Notes: a model not told the origin generated them from the letters alone. DNA of 64,000 bases from Octopus bimaculoides (GCF_001194135.2 NC_068988.1:16784513-16848512); one strand, 5' to 3'; positions 25,256-36,392 are shown, counted from the first letter of the stretch. Translations and numbers: made by a program.

Positions 25256-25750
25256 GAAGAGGTATTTAAGTCAAACGAGGATTAGAAGAGGCGGGCTACA
25301 AAGAACAGTTAGTATTTAACCAGGGGAAGCAAATCAAATATATATATATATATATATGTATATANNNNNNNNNNNNNNNNNNNNNNNNNNNNNNNNNNNN
25401 NNNNNNNNNNNNNNNNNNNNNNNNNNNNNNNNNNNNNNNNNNNNNNNNATATATATATATATAAAATAATAATAATGTTACCTATCCAATACCTCATTAC
25501 AACCAAAATAGAAAAATATAACCATAAAACCCTAGTAAACACCCATAAGTGGATAAAGAAACCAACCAAAACAAAGAAATACAATAGTAAGCAGTTCTAT
25601 ATTTAAAAGATGTGGAATTATGTACATTATTTACGTTATTTACATTAGACGGATATTTGTCCTCATCTTGTTGTTAACACGTTTCCAGCCTTCTTCAGGT
25701 GTCTTGGGGAAATTTCGAACCTGGGTTTTCATTCCTAAGGAATTTTTCGA

Positions 25751-25797
<47 letters not shown>

Positions 25798-26321
25798 CCA
25801 CTGCTTGGAATCGAACTCGGAATTTTCAGGTTAGTAGCCCGCGCTCTTAACCCCTACGCCATATGCTTACATGAAAGACCCTAACAATAAAAACAACACA
25901 ATACCTATCAATACCAAAACTAAAAGTAATTATAGGACTAACTTGTGGAAAAATGCTATATTCGGGAAACAAATAACATCCAATTTCCCAAGGCTGTTTT
26001 ACACAGCGATCGAAAAACACTTTCCCAAGTCTAGCAAGTACCATAAATGTTAATACACACAATGTACGACTCGCCTTCTCCACTAGATGTAACCTAGCAC
26101 AGATAGTAGCAGCACATAAAGCGAGAAGACTATCTGAGTTCCAAAGGAAACTAAACAAGAATAGGGAAAATATCAACGGAAAGTTTGGTACTCTGAATTC
26201 CAACGATAAGTTAGAAATAGCTATCAACCGAAGGGACCTATGTGCAAAAACCAAAATAACACGCACTAGAGGGAGCGGGGTGATAAGCCAAGAACCACTA
26301 GCCAAAGGGAAAAATCTGTAA
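25256..26321 (+). pseudogene. Penelope-like element fossil (RT C-terminal/linker region), interrupted by a (TA)n gap and a SINE insertion
   Basis: Translated segments EEVFKS..RGLEEAGYKEQLVF (25256-25317), LWKNAIFGKQITSNFPRLFYTAIEKHFPKSSKYHK (25943-26047) and, after a frameshift, NTHNVRLAFSTRCNLAQIVAAHKARRL. These match the recalled PLE pattern YEEALKxSGY / WFNPPFSxNVxTNIGxxFLxLIDKHFP...HKIFNRNTVKVSYS..N..xIIxxHN. Confidence 0.75.
25594..25866 (-). mobile_element. Element with tRNA-type pol III head, (AAT)n spacer and degenerate hammerhead-like 3' part
   Basis: Minus strand: A-box TGGCGTAGGGGTTAA (25861-25847), B-box GAGTTCGATTCC (25818-25807), (AAT)n, then GACACCTGAAGAAGGCTGGAAACGT (CUGAAGA at 25698-25692, GAAAC at 25685-25681). 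Confidence 0.7.
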
Positions 26322-26710
26322 CACATACTGATATATCCATAGGACTACGAGCGCGAACCGCATGAAATACCAGTTCACAAGCATAAGGAACTCAGAAATA
26401 ATACTCGACCGAGAGAAACGAGGACAGCTGAGAATTTTAGAGGCGACCATAACAAAATAAATAATAAGATTAGGGAATCAGTTCTTTACGACTCTGCCAC
26501 AGATAGAGTATATCCTTTAGACTCAAGATGTATGACAAAAATTTTGTCTTTAGATGCAAAATCACTTCTGAGGGAAGGTCATACCTTATATAAGGACTAG
26601 CTCTCACAAACGTCAAATACTGATTGATGCGGTTAAACGTAATCTCGAACTTGACTGAGAGCCACAGGGCATCCCCCCCCCCCAGATAATAATCTATCAT
26701 TCCAAACTCA

Positions 26711-26761
<51 letters not shown>

Positions 26762-27953
26762 TGGGTTGTGTTTGTATCTATACTATTAAGATTGTCGGAA
26801 AGTAAGTTAGAATACAATTATGGACCGTGGCATTGGACGTCAAACAACATGTGAGGAAAGTAAATACCTGAACTCTGCAAGCCCAGTCTGTATCGGTTTT
26901 TTGAGAGCCTGCGTCTTGCGTCTAATCAGATTCACAGACATTTATAAATATTGAGTTATTATGCCAAGGTTCTTAGATGAGTGGATACAAATTTGATTTC
27001 TTCCAAGCGCATTACTGGTTCTGATTTCATTGATTACCAACAGGTAATTTTTTATCGATCGCATCCAAAGTTGAAGTCCTTTATACCCGTAAGGTATTAT
27101 ATCCATCATATCTATACGTTCTTATGGCTCTCAGATCACCTAGCTAATGTTTATTTTTAACAATTTAAAGCGGTAAAAATGACATAAGAGAAAATGATAA
27201 ATATTTATTAACCTCATGAATTTCTGTGGTGTATAGACTCGCTTCTTTGATCTTTTATGACTGGGGTTATATATCAAAACGGTATCAAATCTAATTATAT
27301 TTTCCATTAAATCTCGGTTATTATTTCCGACAGTTTTGTGGATTCAGGTACATTATATTATCAGTCTAGGCTAGAAATACAACAAAATATCTCTTACTGA
27401 TCATATATATACATAATACATACTTACATACATACATACAAACATACACACGCACGCACATCACACACAAACACATATGCACATATGTATATGTGAGCGA
27501 TTGTGCGAGTGTACGAGTGTATACGGGTATGTGAGTATATTATAAAAAAGTTTTGACGGAAAATTTGTTTCGCTTGATAGCTTATTCGTCGAAACAAAAG
27601 AAATTTCATAATTGATTTTACTCTAGCGTTAGTATTGAGTGCTCCATTCGTAAAATTTCTCTTGATATTCTGAACATTTTTTGATATATGAAATTCGAAT
27701 TAGCATTTTATGTGTATACATATAAAGATTCGTATACACAGTCACAAACACTAACACATACACACACATCTATTCATACAGAAATGAATTGACAATCGGC
27801 AAAGCTGTTAGTACAAGTGCAACATCGATGTCCGGAACTTTTGTTTCAAAAGCCGTTTCGGTCTATTGATTTTTACGGGATAAATGCTAATTTTACTTAA
27901 ATAATTAAATATACTACTGGAACATGAACATTAGTATAAATAAAATAAATTTA

Positions 27954-28136
27954 GCAGGAGTGGCTGTGTGGCAAGTAGCTTGATTACCAGCAACATGGTT
28001 CCGGGTTCAGTCCCACTGCGTGGCACCTTGGGCAAGTGTCTTCTACTACAGCCTCGGGTCGACCAAAGCCTTGTGAGTGGTTTTGGTAGACGGAAACTGA
28101 AAGAAGTCCGTCATATATATATATATNNNNNNNNNN

Positions 28137-28178
<42 letters not shown>

Positions 28179-28405
28179 CGTGTGTGTGTGTGTTTGTGTG
28201 TCTGTGTTTGTCCCCCCTCAACATCGCTTGACAACCGATGCTAGTGTGTTTACGTCCCCGTAACTTAGCAGTTTGGCAAATGAGACCGATAGAATAAGTA
28301 GTAGACTTATGAAGATTAAGTCCTGGGGTCGATTTACTCGACTAAGGTCGGTGCTCCAGCATGGCCGCTGTCGAATGACTGAAACAAGTAAAAAAGTAAA
28401 AGAGA
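27954..28405 (+). mobile_element. SINE-A, full length, with internal (TA)n(TG)n microsatellite and CORE-like segment
   Basis: Head GCAGGAGTGGCTGTGTGG..GGGTTCAGTCCCAC, then GTGGCACCTTGGGCAAGTGTCTT (resembles the MIR/CORE motif GTGACCTTGGGCAAGT), tail GAAACAAGTAAAAAAGTAAAAGAG. An inverse copy lies at 47504-47900. Confidence 0.9.
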
Positions 28406-28740
28406 ATGGACTGTTCAAGGAACGCGATTGCGCAAGATACCAGTAAACTAGCCTGGTGTCCGTGGAAATTTGAGGCTTCTGCTTGTAAATCAATGTACTG
28501 ATGTACCTGTAGGTAGAATAGAATATATTGTGTTATTTCTTCCCCCTCTGCCTTCTGGGAGTTCCAATCTGCTGCTGTAAAATTTTTGTTTTCTTCTTTT
28601 GGGGTTCAATATAAAGCACCGATTCTTATATTTTATGCGCAACACCTTTCAGAAATCGGATAAACATATATTCTAATATTTTCTGCTTGTTTCATTCTTT
28701 AGACTGCATTCATATTCATAAAATTATCCGACCTCACTAG

Positions 28741-29050
28741 TTATTCTTTTTAAGTTGGTGCTTTCTTTATCTGAACCGCTAAGTTACAGGGATGTAAACA
28801 CAGGAACACCGGTTGACAAGCGGTGATGGGAGACTAATAGACATAATGACACACACAGATAGACATACACAACACACATATACACACGACGGTCTTCTCA
28901 CACGCTCTGTCTACCAAATCCACTCAGAAAGCCTTGCTTCATCCCGTGGCTATAATAGAAGACATTTGTGCAAGGTGTCACGCTGTGGAGCTGATCTTGA
29001 AACCATGAGTTTGGGAACAAACTTCTTAACACACAGCAACACCTGCTCCT
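28741..29050 (-). mobile_element. SINE-A, degenerate copy
   Basis: Reverse-complement matches to GAACCGCTAAGTTAC, CTACCAAATCCACTCA, CAAGGTG and GAAACCATG. Confidence 0.8.
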
Positions 29051-29099
29051 CTCATGCTAATTAATTATACTATCCTTGCGTCCCGACCCAGTTTTGATT

Positions 29100-29940
29100 T
29101 TGTTTCAGAACATGTCTTTCTTCTGATAATAATCAACGTTCATCATGAACGCAGCGCTGCTCTTTTTGAAATTCTGCTCATATTACATAAACACCTGAAT
29201 AATCAATTTATGCTAAATTTTCCCATCACCAGTGTCATTCTTCCATATTATCGCCTTCTTCATAATTAATTTTGCACGTATTTGTTCACGAACGCAGATC
29301 TGGTGGAAGAAATAGTGCGGAGCAAGCAACAACATCATAGTGCATTATTCTTTTTTATCCTATCAAGCACGTAATTGCTTCCAAATATTGAGTGACTTCT
29401 CTGGTTTCTCTAGGTAAATGATGCTTTAATTCTATGAAGGTTCAAGTATTTTGTCAACTAGAAGGAATGTTGATGCACACAAACGACGCGTATTTAAACT
29501 AAGCTTTTTGTCATTTCCTTTTGCAGTGTCAATTCACTCTACTGAATTTTCCGCCAAACAGAAAGGAAAGGGAAACAGGAAAAATAAAACGATGTTCTTG
29601 TTAAAGCCTGAAACTTTGATGTTTGAAGTATTCATTGCTTGCACATCAGGATCTGTTATTGTGATTCGTGGATTCAATTGCAAACAATTTTCTCTTGCAA
29701 GATCCAGTAACTGTTCCAATACACAATTGCAAAGCTCTCCATTTATCCTACTCATGCATAAACAAGATGATAGGTTTTTGATTCGTCAGGGATCTAAAAG
29801 GTATATAACTGATAAAATAAATAAGAGCATTTCAAATCTATTACCCATTTCACAAAGTGAACCTTACGCTACTTTGTATATTTTGAATACGAAACCTCTT
29901 GTCTTTTACAGGAATATCCGTAAATAGATGTGATTCAGCA
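29100..29940 (-). pseudogene. Mutator-like (MULE) transposase fossil, catalytic and C-terminal region, many frameshifts and stops
   Basis: Minus-strand frames give, in order, WVID..LFYQLYTF; MSRINGELCNCVLEQLLDLARENCLQLNPRITITD; SVWRKIQ; SLNTRRLCASTFLLVDKI; FIELKHHLPRETREVTQYLEA/YVL; LFLPPDL; NNMEE*HW*WENL; GVYVI*AEFQKEQR. This is the canonical MULE motif order (WxxDGTF..QLYTI, TDFE, CxFH..WRKIQ, LAFLP, YFExxY, LFPP, RTNNxxEGWH). Confidence 0.85.
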
Positions 29941-30589
29941 TAAAATGAGATCTGTTACTGTCGATCAACCTCCATGACAATACCTCTAATTTATCAATTC
30001 ATATTATTGAAACATTTAAATTTTCAAACGAAATGCATCTTTATTTTAAAATTTTACACGCTGCTATATGTGAAAAGGAAGATATCATGCACAACTGAAT
30101 AGTTTAGTGGTGTTCACTCAATAAAAATATCTATGAAATATTCACCCTACATTTATGAGGAGAATTGGTCGCTATCTGTAAATTTTCTTAACTAAATGTT
30201 TTCCATTGAAATACTCGATCCCTGGAATTATGCAACACTATTTTATCACAAAATCAATTATTCTTGTTTTTCAATAGTTTTATTACATTATTATAAATAA
30301 TAAAGTTTATTTGTAAAACTTTTGGGGAGAAACAGTCTCACAAGCTTCTGTGGTGCTGTTATAGGGAAAACATTCACGTAAGTCTTCCAGTTTGTTGTAG
30401 TGTCCTAGATATTAATCGACTGTGATACCTAAAAGAGTTTGTTGACAGGACCCTGTGTAGGTGGTGAATGAAAGGGAGTGGACCTATCCGATAATTGATA
30501 ACGGTGCTATGCAGCGAGGAGTAAAGGCAAAGGTAGACAAGCAGAGCAGAGAGCTAATTTTGTAATTTCAAAATTAAAAACATTCATCT

Positions 30590-31020
30590 TCCGGTATGTT
30601 TATTCATTAAAAGAAAGGAAATATAAAATCGCAAGAGAATCTAGAGAACATAGGTAGTCAATAATATGTTTTCGACTTGAGCGTAGTAACGTTTGGAAAA
30701 ATACAATACACAGCATCACTATCTTTTCTGTAAAGATGATAGATCGTGTGACGAGTAACTCATAAGATTATTGCTAATGCCACCTAATTGCAGGAAATTC
30801 TTTGATTATATCAAAAATGGGTTAAAGGTGATAGCAACTATTTTTTTTACGAAAATTATATTCTGGCTGGATCTTTAGTGATATCGGTCTCATTGAAAAA
30901 TAGGGCAATATTAAGATAGATTTTAGTATATATGTAGAATGGATTGCTTCACGTTTACAGTGAGGTGTTTCAATGCTTCTATAACCACTGCCAAATCGTA
31001 CAAAGCATGCAGCTGACGTG
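30590..31020 (+). pseudogene. Possible second, much older MULE-like transposase fossil
   Basis: Broken frames: CLF/H.., LENIGSQ*YVFDLSVVTFGKIQYTASLSFL, NYFFYENYILAG, PLPNRTKHAA. The order fits MULE but the similarity is weak. Confidence 0.3.
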
Positions 31021-31279
31021 TCTAACCCCTAACAAGATTTTGGAGGAGTCTGGTGAGAAGGGATTGTCTAGGAGATTGTGTTTTGGTTAAACATTTCACC
31101 CGCCAACCAAATATCAACGGCTTCTAATCGAGGTGGCTATAAATATGTGGAAAATAGTGAGACGTCAAATGTGCTGACTACTATTAGACATATATTGAAT
31201 TTAAATAAATTTCATCAAAATAAACACTGTTCCGAATGATACAATAATACCTATTCTCTGAAAGTTAAATAGGATCTTT

Positions 31280-31638
31280 TCCCTTTAAACAGCAAATCGA
31301 CAAATTAATTTTCGTAACTAAGCACTTTCAAACTTCGGACACTGGTAGAATGTGTCATATAAAACATCTTTTACTCGTAGTGTTGCTGAGAAAAGTTTAT
31401 ATTTTCAAAGTTATTTCAAGTTAAAATTAGTCGTATTTCGGTAATTTCAACCAATCAATGACGCCTATTCAGCTGAATAAAATTACTGCCGTTGTTTGTC
31501 AACAACAACAACTATCGGCGGTGTATAATTTCGTTTGTCACTGTTATTTATGACATTGTTCGTGCGTTTGTACTGGTTTTAGCTTTAGGGCTTTAGGATT
31601 AGGGTTTTAAAGTTAAAGCTAGGGTTAGGGTTTTAGGA
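31280..31638 (+). mobile_element. Unclassified interspersed element ending in degenerate TTAGGG repeats
   Basis: Complex body followed by TTTAGGG/TTAGGG/CTAGGG units at 31577-31638, then (TA)n. Confidence 0.45.
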
Positions 31639-31661
31639 TATATATATATATATATATATAT

Positions 31662-31888
31662 ATAGCTAGAGGTTGATGTGAGAGGCATATTGTGAACATG
31701 ATAGTACAAATGATAAAAAACAGATTAATAAATCTATATAGTGAATGAGAAATATGCTTACAGACATACTGAAGAATGATGAAAATAAACGACTAGCTTG
31801 TAAAAAGACGGTTTTTCACCAGCAAAAAGGGGTGAATAGTAACATGATATAGTTCTCAACTATGCCTCTCACATCAACCTCTAGCTAT
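31662..31888. repeat. Perfect 28-bp inverted repeat (31662-31689 / 31861-31888) enclosing 171 bp, directly upstream of the HHR
   Basis: ATAGCTAGAGGTTGATGTGAGAGGCATA versus TATGCCTCTCACATCAACCTCTAGCTAT. Confidence 0.9.
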
Positions 31889-31973
31889 TTTAAGAACAAA
31901 CTCCGAGACACACATGAATCTCCAGCCGTCAGCATGTGTTAAAAATAACAGTCAATTCTTACCTTTTATACCA

Positions 31974-32087
31974 GTCAAACTTTGCCCTGATGAAGGTTTT
32001 TGGTTTTTGAAATTCATACTGCAATTTATTTGCATAAATGCGGGTTTAAATAATAAGCCGAAACGTGCGTAGGCAACATGAATTGAC
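31974..32087 (+). ncRNA. Type I hammerhead ribozyme, minimal-stem-III (PLE/retrozyme type), predicted cleavage after GUA at 32071
   Basis: Stem I TTGCC(31982-86)/GGCAA(32072-76), extended by GTCAA(31974-78)/TTGAC(32083-87). CTGATGA at 31987-93 plus an extra A. Stem II GGTTT(31995-99)/AAGCC(32055-59). GAAAC at 32060-64, 4-nt loop GTGC, and GTA at 32069-71. Confidence 0.75.
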
Positions 32088-32150
32088 TTTTATAGTATAT
32101 ATATATATTGATTATTCTGCGTATGCATCCTCCAATTTCTTTGTATTGTT

Positions 32151-32196
<46 letters not shown>

Positions 32197-32357
32197 NNNN
32201 NNNNNNNNNNNNNNNNNNNNNNNNNNNNNNNNNNNNNNNNNNNNNNNNNNNNNNNNNNNNNNNNNNNNNNNNNNNNNNNNNNNNNNNNNNNNNNNNNNNN
32301 NNNNNNNNNNNNNNNNNNNNNNNNNNNNNNNNNNNNNNNNNNNNNNNNNNNNNNNNN

Positions 32358-32398
<41 letters not shown>

Positions 32399-33623
32399 GA
32401 TGAACATAAACGGAAAGAAAAGTACTCAGTTGTCGGTGAGAGTAGACATCATATGTAAATTATATTTATCTCCGGGTAATATATGATATATTCTTATTCT
32501 GACTGCGGTTCATATTACTAGAACGTGTCCGCCGACATTTGCACGGACGGCGAATGACCCGGTCAGAATGTACAAATACGGTCAGAACTATTCTAATAAC
32601 AAGTAACCAAGGATAACGACGTGGCATCCTGACTGTTGTCGACATCACACAAAAGCACACACGGACACACAGACACAGACACAGAAACACACACACAAAC
32701 ACACACATGCAAACACGCACATATTCACACTTACAAACATACACACGTTGAGTGTGTGTATGTTTGAGTATATATGCGTCTGCGCGTGTGGACTGTGCAT
32801 GGCTATGTATATATTAAATTTGTGGATATCTACAGATGTTAAGCAGAAATTTCTCCCCTCATTTTCAGTCTAACAGTGTTACTAGCCTTACCCTATTATC
32901 TATTCCAATCTTTTCCTTTCTATTTCCCTTCTCCTCATTCCCTCCCTCGCTTTCCCAATCCTATGATTACATCAAAGGTAACACTAAGCGAGATTCATTT
33001 CATATCTTCTCCTAAATATTCCTTTGATTTGACAACTTGGTACCTGATCGAAACTCAACACAGATTATATCGATTGAATATTTAATGATCTTACACAGGA
33101 GGTTTAATTTCAGTAAAAGCACCGGCAGCTGCGTTTTATGTACAGTGAAAATGTATCTAATCAATCAGCCATCTATGTAAGCATATGCATACGTATGCTG
33201 AATGTATTACGCATGTATGTGTATATGCATATATATATATATATATAAATAGATGAATATATATATATAGATATATATATATATATATATATATGTATAT
33301 GTATATATTTATGTATGTATTTATATATATATATTCATCTATATCTATCTATCTATCTATATATATATATACACACATATGCATATGTGAATTCACATGT
33401 ATCTTCTAACATAAATATATCCAAACACATTCACATACGTGCATACATGATATATACATACGTACTTGTATATATATATATACATATGTATACATATATA
33501 TACATACATACACATACATATATACATACATACATACACNNNNNNNNNNCATACACATACATATATACATACATACATACACATACATATATACATACAT
33601 ACATACACATACATATATGCATT

Positions 33624-33665
<42 letters not shown>

Positions 33666-34424
33666 CCCTGCAGTGACATGCATTTCTTATTCTGGTCTTG
33701 TTTCGACTGTACCCTCTTACTTGCTGTGATTGCTGATTAATTCAGCGTTGATCAGCAAGTTCTATGGCACATCGATCACCAACGAGGCAAATATTACTCT
33801 AAGCAGATAATATTGAATCTCTTTATCCGTTTCGATTTTAAGTTTCACATTGAAAGGCAAATATTATTTTAGTGTAGATGAAATTTATTTTGAAACCTTT
33901 CTAATATTCCTGATTTTAAACACCTAAGTTTATTTACGTGTTATTTAATAACCGGAATTATTAAAGAAATTTTCTGTGTACATAGAAAGACATCTTGCTG
34001 GTATATGGCATTATAAAAACTGTAGTAATCTCAGTGAATTAATTATATTGATCGATTGAATATAAATAAAAATCCGGTGACGTAAAATAATCTATAGAAT
34101 GTATCGATTCTTTGATTCATTGCGGATTTCCGATAAGACAGTTTAGATTATTTACTTATATGATTTTAGTCATAATGCTAATGATTAACGAAAGCTCTTA
34201 TCATATTGGAAATAATTATTGCATGTGTTTGAATGCATATTCTGTTTTAAAGAAATTGTAAAGTAATGCTGTAGGATGCATACAGGCATATAAAAGAATG
34301 AATTTGAGAAAAGAATATGAGTTTCCTTTGAAATATATCTAGGAAATAGAAAATACTTTCTGCTTAATAAGAAATGTCGGGGCATTAGAGCTTCAAGCTG
34401 CTGCAAACCCATAATCTTTTATAC

Positions 34425-34992
34425 TACAGGCACCAGGCCTGAAAGCTTCGGTGTGTGGGGAGATGCTGTCGATCCCAATAATCAGTTGTTACTTTATTCA
34501 TCGAACCGAAATGGTTGAAAGGCAGACATTTCGTCGCGGGATTTAGCACAGAACCTAAAGCCAGATGACACGCTGTTAAGCATTTTGTCCGTCTTCCTAA
34601 TTGTCCGACAGTATACCGTTTTCTGCAGCAAACTGATAATGAGGCAAATGTTTGCATGTCTTGGGTTGAAATAACTGTTGCATGTCTTGAGGTGAAATAC
34701 TTTGACAATCATATCTTCTAAATGTTAAACACAATTTTTCGTTTATAGCACAAATATACGTATATATTCTTTTTAAAATTGGTTACAAGTTTTGGCATAC
34801 GTCTATCAATTTCGCGGGAGGAGGCACGTTGAATATATTGATCATCATCCTCAACTGGTAATTATTTGATTGACCCCGAAAGAATGAAAGACAAATCAGC
34901 TTCGGCGCAATTTAAACACAGAATTCAACAACGGACGATATGCCACTAAGAATTACGTCAGGCATGCCAACGATCCCGCCAGTTCACCGCCT
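34425..34992 (-). mobile_element. Two degenerate SINE-B copies (about 34425-34620 and 34785-34992)
   Basis: Reverse-complement motifs GACCCCGAAAGAATGAAAG, CAACTGGTA, CCAGTTCACCGCC. Confidence 0.75.
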
Positions 34993-35979
34993 TTTTATTC
35001 GTTTTAATATTTATAATGCAATCAGCAAGTATCGTGTAATGAGATCTGCGATTATCAGATATCAATTAATTGGGTAAAGATGAGGATTTTCCAAAATTTA
35101 AAGCAACTTAGAATATACATCTTCATAAAATCCATATTTTATTTTAAATATTTTTGCGATTTTCAGTATGAGGAAATAAAAATTTGTGTATTTGCCATCT
35201 GCCAATTTACAGATATGTGATTACCAGTTATGAAAATGTCATTCTTCAATATTTGGGGAACTTGCAATAAAAGATTTCATTTTAGTAACACTTGTGCTAT
35301 TTTAATATACGACGAACATCCATTTACTGAGAACTTTCAATTTTTCTGACATCTTCACCCTTCTCCATTGGTCTTGACAGCACATGGTGCTTCATCAGCA
35401 GAATATATTTATTTTACTTTCAGTTTTTCCTCTGTCGCTTATTGATAATATATGTCTAATACTTCTAGAAACGTACAAAATATTCTATCTTTTCTTGATA
35501 TATTATTTCTCAGAAAAGTATTTTTCATTTATTTTAGATATACAAATATTTTTCAAAATGTGCTCTAGCTGTATGTCTGCGATACTTTTCATTAATTTAT
35601 ATCATAAAAACAGATTAATAAAAATATAATTATTGTCATGATTCTTAGGGACGAAATACACACAAGGACACAGACACACATGCATATGTACCCACGATTA
35701 TAGACAGATGCATACAAATATTTTCACGCATATACACATGATAGAAATAAACGAATTGTTATCTGGTATTTCTACAATTACGTCATTAATAATTTTTTGA
35801 TGAGGTAAGCATAACATAACTAGTCAGATTGTGTAAAAGAAAATTATATATACAGGAGTTAGACAAAATAATGGAAACAACAAGCATCATAATTTTTTGA
35901 TATATACGATATATATATATATATATGCCTAGTATTACATGTTTACAATTTTTCATATATATATATATANNNNNNNNNN

Positions 35980-36173
35980 TGTTTGTCCCCCCCCCACCAA
36001 CAATTGACAACCGACAGTGGTGTGTTCACGTTCCCGTAACTTAGCGGTTCGGCAAAAAGAGACCGATAGAATAAATACTAGGCTTACAATGAATAAGTCC
36101 TGGGGTCAATTTTCTCGACTAAAGGCGGTACTCCAGGATGACCGCAGTCAAATGACTGAAACAAGTAAAAGAG
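35980..36173 (+). mobile_element. SINE-A 3' half (starts after the internal microsatellite/gap)
   Basis: Matches 28205-28405: GTTTGTCCCCC..CGTAACTTAGCGGTTCGGCAAA..CTGGGGTCAATTTTCTCGACT..GAAACAAGTAAAAGAG. Confidence 0.9.
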
Positions 36174-36185
36174 TGTATATATACA

Positions 36186-36392
36186 TACGAGGTTCTGCAG
36201 AAAATTCCATGGTTTTAAAGAGTATCTCTACTGTCCGAAGCAGTGCTGGAACTCTTGCGAAGTGATACCTTTTAACACCTCTGCCGTATATTTCTTCAAC
36301 TCTTCTACATCTGCAAATTCAGTAATACCATCTTTCATCACCGGTGATGACCTTTGAAAAACGGTCCGGATTAAATTTCAACAGTTCTTTCA
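36186..36392 (-). pseudogene. Internally deleted mariner-type transposase remnant
   Basis: Minus strand MKELLKFNPDRFSKVITGDERWYY (first catalytic-D motif ITGDE) joined to EFADVEELKKYTAEVLKGITSQEFQHCFGQ* (mariner C-terminal helix pattern). It ends in a TACGAGG terminus at 36186, typical of mariner TIRs. Confidence 0.75.

Noticed and set aside
25847-26326. 159-aa hydrophobic minus-strand ORF
   Set aside because: It is the antisense of the PLE fragment.
29451-29927. 158-aa plus-strand ORF with apparent acceptor at 29525
   Set aside because: Better explained as the antisense of the MULE fossil.
35365-35400. Minus-strand CTGATGA-AGCAC-CAT-GTGCT hairpin resembling an HHR half
   Set aside because: Followed by GTCAA rather than GAAA; no stem I or III found.
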